Assembly (NCBI GenBank): GCA_013239625.1
Contig: MU054125.1
Coordinates: 1 to 62,821, forward strand
Reading direction: 5' to 3'
DNA length: 62,821 bases
Source of the DNA: Lama guanicoe
Lineage: Eukaryota
Shown here: piece by piece, positions 50,426 through 62,821 of the stretch
Numbering within the stretch: the first letter of the stretch is position 1
Layout of the letters: each line of letters begins with the position of its first letter
The notes under the pieces: generated by a model
Database searches by the model: none
The model's input: the letters and a program-made list of their open reading frames with translations, nothing else
What the model was told of the DNA's origin: nothing
Program-made: the position numbers and the translations under genes

Positions 50426-53400
50426 TATTGGAATTATAGGCAAAGGGGCCAAAAACTGAAGATAGTTGACATCCAATCATTAGCACTAGTGCCTGGGTAC
50501 AAACGTTGACCGATTGCTGCTCTCAAGAACCTCTGAAGAGAATCAGTGCCTGTCTCTACAAGCCCTGCTTCTCGACCTTCTCTTTGATTTGAGATGCCCG
50601 ACTGCATACACTTTCCAAAAATCCTACTTCAGTTACCTAGGTTTGCTAGTGTTTTGATATTTTCAACCAGAGAATTCTGTCTAAGCAGCCAAAGGACCTG
50701 GCTTTCTCTCGAGTGTCACAGAGCCCTGAGAAGTAGAAAGAGGAAGATGCTAGAGATCTTGTCTGTGGCTTTTGCACAGTCTGGCAACAACCACACAAAC
50801 AGGGAAGGATGGGCAGGCGGGAAGGTGAAAGTATTCCTCTGTTCACTTTCTCATTCAAACTGAACCCAGTCTCCCAGCCTCCAGGATTCCTGCTGGGGTG
50901 ATTCTCAAAGTCAGAGAGGAAGGAGAGACACCCGAAGACCTCCCAGCTTGAAAGGGCAGGGGAGGATGCTAAATGCATAGAAGTTTCCATGTGCAGACAA
51001 TCGCAGGATGACCCGGCTCTCATTCCTAACTCTGTTACACTCAGAGACAGCAGGAGGGGCTCACCTAAGGCTGCCCCCACTTCATGACTCACAGCTTGTG
51101 AGGCAGCCTTGGATGAAACAGATGTCATGACTGTTTTACTGCAGTTCCTCACTGCCACTCTTCATTCATCCTCTGCAAACACAAAGGTTTTTGGCTTCCC
51201 TCCCCTTTTCTTTTCTCCTTCATCCCCCTCCCTCCCCCATGTGAAGAGTACAGGACATGCACCAGGCAGAGTCTGATTTTACCAGTCAGCCCGGCCCCTC
51301 ATAAGTAGCGAATGCCCAGCTGGCCATGCCAGAGACATGAGTGCTTTCTCTTTCCTAAACTTCACCAAATAAGGAGAAGTGGATCAGAAAACCATTGTGA
51401 TTAGATTATATGGAAGAGGGTCAAAGATTAAAGATCCACTGCCTCTCATTATTAGAGGAGGGATGATTCAGACCAGAGCACAAAATACATTATTTCAAAA
51501 GAGGACATGAAACCCAGTCCCAGGCAATTAGTCTCTGTTAAGTAAACTTACTATCTAATCTTTTAGCTGTCTCCTGAAATTGTCAGTCCAAGACTACCCT
51601 CCTCCTCAGTTGGAAGCTCACCCTTGGGCGGGTGCTGTCCTCTGCCCCGTGTTCCATCAGCGCGTTAACTGAACTGGGACTCAGCTCACGGAAGTGGGGG
51701 ACGTGGGGCAGGGGCTGGGGCGGAAGGGGCTGGAAGCAAAATGCGCCTCTTAATAAAAACAGAATGTGTGCACCACCGAGCAGCCCCACTGGAGGAAGGA
51801 CAGGAACAGAGGACAGGGCAAACTACCTGGGCTTTGGTTTCCGTGCCAGGCCCATCAACCAGGAGACGATGACTCTTCAACACCACTTTGGACGCATCCC
51901 AGGGAAATTACAGACTCTCCTCTTTCCACTCAGCCCCTAGGGGCCCACATGCCAAGGAAGTCCATGCTCCTGGATTGTTCTCAAACCAGATCAACCTTCA
52001 AAGCTTTGATTTTAAATGAATGCTGCTTTGCAAAAATCTGTGAATTTTGACAACAGCTCTACATCCTGTTCCACCCCACTTATCCTCACCATATCATTGA
52101 GCAGTGCTTTACATCAAATCTAATTATTCTTGCAATCTCTGTGCAATTTCTGCAGATCTCTCCTGACCAATTAGTATTTCCCTATGAGCTGCCCAGTTCC
52201 ACAAAACCAAGCTGAGAATTACAGTGTGATTTTACTTTATCGGCCTACTTTGTTCAATTAAAGTCTAAAGAACTTCCCAGCTAAATTCTCAAATATGAGA
52301 AGAAATGGTTGAAATGTGGATCCCATCTTTTGTGCTTCTCTTTATGGGGCCTCAGAACTGAGATCTTCCTTCTCCCCTGGACCACCTGCTCCTCCCTAAT
52401 GTACACGACTCAAACTCTCCTTTCACTTGGAAACACCTCAAGGACCTCAGTACTTAGTCGCATATGTGGCTATATGTTATGAAACACGGATTTCTACATG
52501 ACTGACAAGCTCGGTGCTCTCACTAAAGCTGGAATCTGTCATAAATTTCAGAAGCAATTCTGCAAAAACTATGAGCCAAAATGACTGCGACTTTGCTATG
52601 TAGATGCTTCGCCCCCACAGCTATCACCTGGTGAGTCGTAAAAATGGCCAAACCAATGGCCACAGACTGGGTACAAAATCATGTCTAAATCTGCTAGTCC
52701 CCAAAGTTTCTCTACCATCTCTAGTAACAGAAAAGCAGCATGCTGGCAACTGGACAGAAGTCACTGTAACTACATTTTATTCCATTACACACTTCACGTA
52801 GCATTCAAATTTACTTAGGCTTCAGGATGAAAATCTGATTATTTTAAATGAGAACAACAATGTAGTCAAATGGCCATAAGACAGGCAATGTCCTTATTAT
52901 CACTGGAAAATAATATAATATTGGCTTCACCCTCACTGTTGAAATGGATTTGTGTCTGACGTGAAAATGCACATTGACTCATACACTGGGAGCCCCAAAC
53001 AAGTCAGGTCACACTTAACACAGATGATGCACCTGACCTAAAATGGGTTGAAAATATGCATCTTTCTCTTCATGTCCATCTTGTTTGGTTTTTATGGACG
53101 GCCTAATTGCTAGAGATACTTCTAGAAAGCACAAAATCAGGGCTGAATTGTCTGGATTGCCTATTGAAAGACGGCTAGCAAGGTGGGGGTAGTACTTTCT
53201 GGGAAGCACTGTTTCCACCCATCATTGGGCCACCTTGCTTTTGCAGAGCACTTTACACTTCATGAGTCATTTCTGTCTGTTTCTGATCATGAAAACACCA
53301 CCATAAAATAGATATAAGAGAGATAAAACCTCCTACCTGTTACACATGAATGGGACAAGGCTGGAAGAGCTTACAGGACCCATCTTGAAGTCAAGTGCTA

Positions 53401-53972
53401 AACCTGGAACGGGAGACCCTAGAACAGGAGGTGCTACACTGTCCTGTCCCTTGGTAAGCATATTACAGGGGCTGTGACTTCACAACTTTCCCAAAGACTC
53501 AGAAGAATCTTAAAACGTGACATTGAAACTTCACCAGTACGAGATAACAACCTGAGTGTGTTACCTGTCTTTCTTCTACTACACTTGGACATCAGGATGC
53601 ACATGTGTGTGGCACCTTGGAGAGTTATCATGTGATGAGTTTTATTCAAAATAAAAATCTTACCAAGACAGTCTCCTCCTAAGTTTATTTCTTGTCTTTA
53701 ATAAAAATTAATATGTCTGCCTCATTTTCATCCTTTCGACTGCTCTATAATTGTCTTTGTGTTCTGTTAAGACATCATCAGTTTCTTTACGTCCATGGTC
53801 ATTTAAATTCTAGTGTCCATTTGCATTAATCTCATGACAAAAAAAAAATCAACATCTTGTTGATGTTAAGAAAATACCTGATGAAAACATTAAAATCAGA
53901 TACTAGTTTAGTTCGGTTGGTTGGTTGGTTTTTTGGGGGCATTAGAGGCATCAAGTAGGCTTCACACCTTTG

Positions 53973-54237
53973 TTTTTTTTTAAATATATAAACTTTTTTT
54001 AATGAGTTATACTCGTTTTCCAATGTTGTGTCAAATTCCAGTGTAGAGCACAACTTTTCAGTTATACATGAACATACAAACATTGTCACATTCTCTTTCG
54101 CTGTGAGCCACCACAAGATCCTGTATATATTTCCCTGTGCTACACAGTACAATCTTGTTTATCTATTCAACACTTTGAAATCCCAGTCCCTTTCCACCCC
54201 CATCCCCCTGGGAACCACAACTTTGTATTCTATATTT
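53973..54237 (-). mobile_element. Young L1 3' end (same type as 13551 and 13990)
   Basis: aatgttgtgtcaaattccagtgtagagcacaac...gtgagccaccacaagatcctgtatatatttccctgtgctacacag. Confidence 0.9.
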
Positions 54238-57001
54238 GGGATTCAGAACATCCTTCTCCAAGACATGTTGCTGCTGTGTTGTTCCCTGCCCCCCATCCGA
54301 TGCTGAAGACCACGGTCAGATGGTCCCTGGTGGGCATCTAGGGGTGGGGGACGGATCCACAGAGGGTCAGGGCCTGAAGCCAAGGAGAGAGAAACAGTCC
54401 TGGGGCCCAGACAGGCGTTCAGAGCTCTGATTGTGCACAGACCCTCTGGGGACCTTCCTAGGGAGCTGGTGATGGTGCCTGAGGTTCTGCATTTCTCATC
54501 AATTCACAGGTGATGCCAAACCACATTTTAAGTCACAAGAGTCTAGCAGGGATCAAAGGAGTGAGGGATACAGTGCGCACATGGAGCCTAGAACAGGAGA
54601 AACCCCTCAAGGTTGGGGAGCAGGCCATGCAAATGACCAGAGAGAAGGACGAAGTGGGAGGGTCAGGAGGGCGACCCGCTAGCGGCGTGTGGACTGCGAT
54701 GCCAAAGAGTCACTGAGGGCTGGAAGGCGGGTGGGTCAGCCAGTCTAAACTACCATAAAGATGGGGTGGAGGAACCCTCAGAGCTCACACTTAAAGCAAT
54801 TAACCAACAAAACAATGGGGAGGGAGACAGTGGAAAGTCGACATACGTGGGGCCATGTTAACACGCTTCCAGCGCTAACTCTGGGGGTTCGGTTTGGTTC
54901 ACACTGTTGGTCATCTGTCTCCACGGCTGTTGCCATGCAGGTTTGCGTTGGTTTATTGTCCATCACAGAGGGCTCTGGACACACCAGTTAGCACACCCAG
55001 GAAGCGCCAGCATAAATCGATTTCAAGTGGAAGAGTTGATTGCAAAAGTGACGTGTAAAGACGCGTCATTAAGATTTTCCAGAATAGAGAATTCACACTG
55101 TCCCTCGCTTATAAGAGAAAAATTACCCTACAAGGTACAATCTCACCCCAGCATCCCAAATGTCATTAATTATTTAGCATTTACGCAAATACGACTGGTT
55201 TCTGGTGGAGGTCCTACTGAGAATTTGGGATTTCGGATTCCAATTTTGAATTCCTTTCCCTCACTGTCTGTCTTCTATGTGAGCATGCAGGTTGAGTAAT
55301 TTTCAAAAAGAATTTGACTTTTCAGTTTTGAACCCTAATAGGGACAAGACAACCAAGATAATTGAACAAAAGGGGCCTTTGCATAAACTTCGCACCCTGT
55401 CACCAGGAGTAGACACCCAAAGCTTAGACATTTCCCCCAGAGAGCTCTAAAAAGTAGGCGCCAAGGGCACACAGATCAAAAAAGTCAAACGCCAGCTGTC
55501 CTGGACCAGCGATGCCTAGTGCGTGAGAACCCAGCTTGTAAAAGCAAACCATTATTGACACGTTAATAATTCTGGGGGAGCAAACTTGGTCCTCAAGCCT
55601 TGTTCTTCATTCTAAGATAAAAGAACAAGATGCTTAAGGGAAAAGATAAAGGTTGCCTCGTTGCAGAGACATGAGCCTCTTGAATGCATGATAACAGAGG
55701 CCACCTGCCCAAGAGTTCATTCCAAAATCCAGATGGGATGGACACGCTATGGATGGGTACTCTGGGGTCTCGGCAAATTGGTCAATGAGGGCACCATACT
55801 TGGAGTCCTGAATACACCATCCTCATTCCTCTCAAATATACGATGTAATGGGGTATGTGTTGGCGGAGGACCCACGTATTTGAGAACAATGCTGAGTTAT
55901 GGCATCTGGGAGGCTACAGGTACGTGCCACATGGGACCACGGATCCGGCTGGTGGGGCTTACGTAACGCCTTCTGCATCGCACACCAGGGCAAAAGCAGA
56001 GCACAGAACAGGAAACTACGAATATTTTTAGCCCCCTTCTCAGTTGGACCAGGGACTATCACTCTCCAGACTCAGCAGATGGCGGACCAGACAGTTTCGT
56101 CTGATGAGCTAATTAGTTTTCGGCACCTCATTATCACCTCACAATGGGATCTGGGATAAAAGCTTCAAGTGCAGACTGTTTAAAGGAAGGGTTTATCTGA
56201 ATGCAGTCAAGTGCATTCTTTAAGTTAAATCTCTTCATCAGACACAGGCTTTCTCTGTTCAGCAGGCATCTGAAGAGAGTGACAATTTAGGAAGGAAAAA
56301 AAATGTTAATATTGTAGCACGTCCCTACCATTGAAATGTTGTCAAAAATGTGGTGTGCCTTCTAGACAAAACACAGATAAGCCACATTTTGTACTGAAAA
56401 GAAACTGGGAACCAGAAGACCTGAATTCTATTTCAACTCTGTGACTAATGAGCTAAGTGGCTGGAGGCAAGTCAATTTCGTTGAGCTCCGCTCTCTTATC
56501 CACGAAGTAGAAACAGTCGGACAAGGTGGGTGCACCCTGCAGTCCCTTCCGGTTCTGAAATTCTCCTATTTTGCTAAGACTTATGTAAGGGCAGTACTGC
56601 AGCCTTCTAAGGCACACTCGTGAGATGTAACTATTGTTCTGTCTCCAGCAACAGCGTCCAACACACCATGAGCCCCAAATGCGCTGGGTGAGCTGGCAGC
56701 CCCTCAGCCTGATCAATAGAAAGTTGGGGTCTATGGGAGCAGGATGATGGCCAAGTTTAACCCAAGTTTAAGTCTGGGAGCCACGTGAGAGAGCCCTGCT
56801 GGAGCCCGGGGTTCCCTGAGCTGAGGATCCGTGAAGCCAGGGGGTGGTTGCTGGTCCTCCTTCAGTGTCTGGCTCCCATTTACAGCTGGATCATGGTGTT
56901 GTTGTTGTGTATAAAGTCCCCTGAGAGTAGGCTTCTCCCTTGTTGGAGTCACATCCCAACAGCAAACATCTCACCCATTCATGCTGTCAACACTCGACAC
57001 C

Positions 57002-57213
57002 CACAGTGCCCCAATTGGCAGCCACTTGTCACCCATGCTTATTTAAATGTAAATTTGAATTGATTAATATTAGATGGAATTCAAAACGCATGTCCTCAGT
57101 GGCACCAGCCACATTTCGAGCATCCTAGAGCCACCAGTGACCTGTGGGTGCCATATGGGATCGTGCAGTCTGGACCATGTCCATCATCATAAAACATTCC
57201 ATTGGATGCCCTG
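57002..57213 (-). mobile_element. MER3-like hAT-Charlie element (second copy at 59727-59938)
   Basis: cctcagtggcaccagccacatttc...ccatcatcataaaacattccattgga matches antisense MER3 (recall). Confidence 0.65.
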
Positions 57214-57428
57214 GTCCAGGCCGACCATTCCAGCATGAAATCCCTTCTCAGTGTCAGCTTGGAGGACAAAACCAACAGTAAAACTGTCTGTCTTTGTGTG
57301 TCACAACACTGCAAGGATTCTGTTGTAGGTCATCGGGGGCTGGGGAGACGTGGTACAACTCATGGTAGAGTTGAGCGTGTTCTCATTGGTTTTGGAAGAA
57401 CACCACGTACTCTCACCGAGAAAGCTCT

Positions 57429-57518
57429 NNNNNNNNNNNNNNNNNNNNNNNNNNNNNNNNNNNNNNNNNNNNNNNNNNNNNNNNNNNNNNNNNNNNNNNN
57501 NNNNNNNNNNNNNNNNNN
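57429..57518. other. Assembly gap (90 N)
   Basis: Directly visible. Confidence 1.
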
Positions 57519-60299
57519 AAGCAATTAACCAACAAAACAATGGGGAGGGAGACAGTGGAAAGTCGACATACGTGGGGCCATGTTAACACGCTTCCAGCGC
57601 TAACTCTGGGGGTTCGGTTTGGTTCACACTGTTGGTCATCTGTCTCCACGGCTGTTGCCATGCAGGTTTGCGTTGGTTTATTGTCCATCACAGAGGGCTC
57701 TGGACACACCAGTTAGCACACCCAGGAAGCGCCAGCATAAATCGATTTCAAGTGGAAGAGTTGATTGCAAAAGTGACGTGTAAAGACGCGTCATTAAGAT
57801 TTTCCAGAATAGAGAATTCACACTGTCCCTCGCTTATAAGAGAAAAATTACCCTACAAGGTACAATCTCACCCCAGCATCCCAAATGTCATTAATTATTT
57901 AGCATTTACGCAAATACGACTGGTTTCTGGTGGAGGTCCTACTGAGAATTTGGGATTTCGGATTCCAATTTTGAATTCCTTTCCCTCACTGTCTGTCTTC
58001 TATGTGAGCATGCAGGTTGAGTAATTTTCAAAAAGAATTTGACTTTTCAGTTTTGAACCCTAATAGGGACAAGACAACCAAGATAATTGAACAAAAGGGG
58101 CCTTTGCATAAACTTCGCACCCTGTCACCAGGAGTAGACACCCAAAGCTTAGACATTTCCCCCAGAGAGCTCTAAAAAGTAGGCGCCAAGGGCACACAGA
58201 TCAAAAAAGTCAAACGCCAGCTGTCCTGGACCAGCGATGCCTAGTGCGTGAGAACCCAGCTTGTAAAAGCAAACCATTATTGACACGTTAATAATTCTGG
58301 GGGAGCAAACTTGGTCCTCAAGCCTTGTTCTTCATTCTAAGATAAAAGAACAAGATGCTTAAGGGAAAAGATAAAGGTTGCCTCGTTGCAGAGACATGAG
58401 CCTCTTGAATGCATGATAACAGAGGCCACCTGCCCAAGAGTTCATTCCAAAATCCAGATGGGATGGACACGCTATGGATGGGTACTCTGGGGTCTCGGCA
58501 AATTGGCCAATGAGGGCACCATACTTGGAGTCCTGAATACACCATCCTCATTCCTCTCAAATATACGATGTAATGGGGTATGTGTTGGCGGAGGACCCAC
58601 GTATTTGAGAACAATGCTGAGTTACGGCATCTGGGAGGCTACAGGTACGTGCCACATGGGACCACGGATCCGGCTGGTGGGGCTTACGTAACGCCTTCTG
58701 CATCGCACACCAGGGCAAAAGCAGAGCACAGAACAGGAAACTACGAATATTTTTAGCCCCCTTCTCAGTTGGACCAGGGACTATCACTCTCCAGACTCAG
58801 CAGATGGCGGACCAGACAGTTTCGTCTGATGAGCTAATTAGTTTTCGGCACCTCTTTATCACCTCACATTGGGATCTGGGATAAAAGCTTCAAGTGCAGA
58901 CTGTTTAAAGGAAGGGTTTATCTGAATGCAGTCAAGTGCATTCTTTAAGTTAAATCTCTTCATCAGACACAGGCTTTCTCTGTTCAGCAGGCATCTGAAG
59001 AGAGTGACAATTTAGGACGGAAAAAAAATGTTAATATTGTAGCACTTCCCTACCATTGAAATGTTGTCAAAAATGTGGTGTGCCTTCTAGACAAAACACA
59101 GATAAGCCACATTTTGTACTGAAAAGAAACTGGGAACCAGAAGACCTGAATTCTATTTCAACTCAGTGACTAATGAGCTAAGTGGCTGGAGGCAAGTCAA
59201 TTTCGTTGAGCTCTGCTCTCTTATCCACGAAGTAGAAACAGTCGGACAAGGTGGGTGCACCCTGCAGTCCCTTCCGGTTCTGAAATTCTCCTATTTTGCT
59301 AAGACTTATGTAAGGGCAGTACTGCAGCTTTCTAAGGCACACTCATGAGATGTAACTATTGTTCTGTCTCCAGCAACAGCGTCCAACACACCATGAGCCC
59401 CAAATGCGCTGGGTGAGCTGGCAGCCCCTCAGCCTGATCAATAGAAAGTTGGGGTCTATGGGAGCAGGATGATGGCCAAGTTTAACCCAAGTTTAAGTCT
59501 GGGAGCCACGTGAGAGAGCCCTGCTGGAGCCCGGGGTTCCCTGAGCTGAGGATCCGTGAAGCCAGGGGGTGGTTGCTGGTCCTCCTTCAGTGTCTGGCTC
59601 CCATTTACAGCTGGATCATGGTGTTGTTGTTGTGTATAAAGTCCCCTGAGAGTAGGCTTCTCCCTTGTTGGAGTCACATCCCAACAGCAAACATCTCACC
59701 CATTCATGCTGTCAACACTCGACACCCACAGTGCCCCAATTGGCAGCCACTTGTCACCCATGCTTATTTAAATGTAAATTTGAATTGATTAATATTAGAT
59801 GGAATTCAAAACGCATGTCCTCAGTGGCACCAGCCACATTTCGAGCATCCTAGAGCCACCAGTGACCTGTGGGTGCCATATGGGATCGTGCAGTCTGGAC
59901 CATGTCCATCATCATAAAACATTCCATTGGATGCCCTGGTCCAGGCCGACCATTCCAGCATGAAATCCCTTCTCAGTGTCAGCTTGGAGGACAAAACCAA
60001 CAGTAAAACTGTCTGTCTTTGTGTGTCACAACACTGCAAGGATTCTGTTGTAGGTCATCGGGGGCTGGGGAGACGTGGTACAACTCATGGTAGAGTTGAG
60101 CGTGTTCTCATTGGTTTTGGAAGAACACCACGTACTCTCACCGAGAAAGCTCTAAGTCAGGTCGGAGTTAGAATTGGTAAAAAAAAAAAAATCCAGTGGA
60201 CAATTTTTACTATTATTTTTTAACTTGAAGCATCATGCTTGTTCACATGCCTTGTACACTTACATTTACACCCTTGATACCAGTAGGCTTTTGAAGCTT

Positions 60300-61036
60300 T
60301 AAAAGCTTTTAAGTTTAATTAGGTCTCATTTGTTTATTTTTGCTTTTATTCCCATTGCTCTAGAAGCCGATTCAAAAAAAAAAAATATTGCTGTGATGTA
60401 TGTCAAAGTGAGTTCTGCCTAAGTTTTCCTCGAGGAGTTTCATAGTATCCAGTCTTACCTTTAGGTCTTTAATCCATTTTGAGTTCATTTTTGTACATGG
60501 TGTGAGAGAATGTTCTAATTTCAGGCTTTTGCTAGAGCTGTCCAGTTTTCCCAGCACCACTTACTGCAGAGTCTGTCTTTTCTCCATCATATATTCTTGC
60601 CTCCTTGGTCATAGTTTGAGTGCATGGGTTTATTTCTGGACTTTCTATCCTGTTCCATTGATCTACGTGTCTGCTTTTGGGCCAATGCCACACTGTTTTG
60701 ATTATTGTACCTTTGCCATATATTCTGAACTCAGGAGCTCACTTCCTCCAGCTCTTTCCTTCTTTCTCATGATGGTTTTGGCTATTCAGGGTCTTTTGTG
60801 TTTTCAAAAAAAATTTTAAATTATTCATTCTAGTTTTGTGGAAAATGCCATCAATATTTTGACAGGATTGCCTGTGGGTAGGATGGCCAGTTTAACTATA
60901 TTAATCCATCTCACCCAAGAACACAGCACATCTTTGCATCTGTTTGAGTCGTCTTCAATTTCTTTCATCAGTTTCTAATGGTTTCCAGAGTACAGGTCTT
61001 TTACCTTCATAGGTAGGTTTATTCCTAGGTATTTTA
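60300..61036 (-). mobile_element. L1 ORF2 internal fragment
   Basis: The minus-strand [26 protein letters not shown]...KLLEENLG is L1 ORF2. Confidence 0.9.
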
Positions 61037-62227
61037 GTTGAGGTTTTCTCTTTGGGACATAATATGGTATCTCTTAGTAACTTAGGTTATAGGTTAGGAA
61101 TTGCTTCAAATGTCTACAAGCACTTTCTTTTCCAAAATTTGGAATTTATATCAGAAGTGATTTCAGCTCTGCGAGTGGGCTAGCATCCTTCCCAGAGCAC
61201 GCAGTGGGTAGATGTGGATTTTGGTCGTCAGGATGTCTTCTCTTTATTCTAGAACTAATCCCCTTGTTCTTCTCTCCTGGGATCCATGCCTCCTCTCCTC
61301 TATGAGGCCAATCAGAGAATTCCATTCACCTGGCACAGGGGTTGGTTCAAAGATGGCCCACTGATGATCAGAACCAACTAGGAGTAGCAACACCTTCAGT
61401 CTAACTCTTCAACCTGACCTTGGGTAGAACTCAGGTCTGCTGCTGTGTGCTGTGTCCATGAGGATAAAGCCTGATGGAGAACAGAAGAAGAGGGGAGACA
61501 GGCAGGAGACAGAAACTGAGAAACTGCAGGCTGGGGACGCCTTCTGAAACCTTGAATTCAGCAACTGGTCTCTTTCTTCCAGCATCCTTTCCAAACCAGA
61601 GTCACAAATAGCATCTCAGTGGAGTTTACTTCCTATGGTTTACGCATTTCTTCACAGTGTGTAGTTTAAATTGTGAAAATCTTTGGGAAAATATCTTAAC
61701 GTGGTAATGATGCCAAGCAAATTATTTCTCAGAACCAGCAAGAATTTTAAGAGAGGAAAACTTTCCTCCAACTACGTAATTTGTGGCAGTCCAGGAAGAT
61801 GATTGTGAGAGTCTGCTGTAATTAATAGGCACATTGTTAAGTGAATTGTGCGATATTAAAATATCAGCGAGGGGACAGAACTGGAGATAAATGTCCTCAT
61901 CTGGGCTGGATGGAGCTCTTCCGGGGAACCAAGTTATAAAGTTCTTTAATTTAAAAAATTGCATTTCCAAGAACTAATATTGTCAGCAAGACAAATAATC
62001 AGGCTTGGTAAGAAATATAGATTTAGAGGATTGTACTTAAGGGCCTGGCATGGTGGTTGTACATCACTGTCAGATGGAGAGTAATCGGGACACAGAAGCT
62101 GCACACCTGGTTCTACCGGGCAAGTGTTAATGGAAAACATATCCTTGAGCATCTCTGAATCTGAGATGCCCGAGTCCAGCCTCCTGCTGGTACATTACCA
62201 AGCAAACTCCCTGTTTTAATACAGGTT

Positions 62228-62723
62228 TTATGGTTATCTAGGGATGGCAAGGCCAGCAAATCAGGAGATGGCATCCATTGAAAAGATAGTTTATTGCTCA
62301 CAGATTGCAAAAGGGGAGGGAGGGCACCCGGGGAAGCACCAGGATCAGTCTGGGCACAGATGAAGTGAACACGGCTGGGGACAAAAGCCTTTACTGTGGC
62401 TTCTATGCAAAAAAATAAAAATAAATAGGGAGATGCAGGGTAAACAGGCTTAGGACTGTCTAGTGCAAATTATTTTAGCAGGTTCTAAGGCACGGTGGCT
62501 GCCCCTAGTTGTCTGGGACCTGGCCCCAGTGTGATTAGGGCAAGGGGGCCCAGAGTGTGAGAGCCCCTTGGAGAAGGTGGGCTCTGGATTGCCTGGTTTG
62601 CATATGAAAGGTTTCCATCTCCAGGAACTGTCTGATCCTGGCAGGGAGGGGGCAGTCCCTCCAGGCTCAGCAAGACCCCAGATGTCCAAGGAAAAGAATA
62701 CGGAAAATAAAGACATGATTCAT
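62228..62723 (-). mobile_element. ERVL LTR (MER76-like)
   Basis: ccattgaaaagatagtttattgctcacag, gcccctagttgtctgggacctggcccc and aaaataaagacatgattcatac. Family from recall. Confidence 0.6.
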
Positions 62724-62821
62724 ACTCACAGGGTTGCTGGCCCAACTTCAGCGCCTGCAAGGGTGACTGGGATATTGATGGGGGCCCTTCTACCATGTGA
62801 GGTGGGGGGACCGGCACTGAC

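Larger units (their letters stand above)
54794..60153 (+). repeat. 2635-bp direct duplication (54794-57428 and 57519-60153) abutting a 90-N gap; probable assembly overlap
   Basis: Offset 2725 with about 10 substitutions by eye. Both copies end exactly at the gap edges. Confidence 0.9.

Noticed and set aside
54907..59853. Duplicated ORFs (130 aa, 101 aa and others) as a tandem gene pair
   Set aside because: No homology recognised. They recur only because of the gap-flanking duplicate, which is probably artefactual.

Overview
Mammalian genomic DNA, probably camelid: the young L1 3' ends look camelid-type from memory, and I see no Alu, Bov-tA or PRE1 SINEs. No intact multi-exon gene is evident. 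Bases 1-4.4 kb hold a GC-rich ~160-190 bp satellite with higher-order structure, a complex GATA/GACA repeat and a ~1 kb tandem duplication. Next comes a duplicon mosaic: two intron-separated, disabled CEP162 exons (6553-7442), a MER121-like element and one orphan SLIT3 LRR exon (12812-12883). The rest is repeat-rich sequence (L1, L2, MIR, CR1, DNA transposons, LTRs). The most notable element is an EEF1G retrocopy (25881-27285) flanked by an 18-bp TSD. It is spliced up to the exon ending ...AAGAG, then reads into the next intron (GTAAGG) and ends at an intronic ATTAAA plus poly(A). It is therefore a fossil of an intronically polyadenylated EEF1G mRNA, with an open 281-aa ORF (GST-like domains plus linker) and a 5' extension over the parental core promoter. 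A 2.6 kb near-identical duplication around the N-gap is probably an assembly artefact. Repeat family names and parental protein comparisons are from recall, not from searches.
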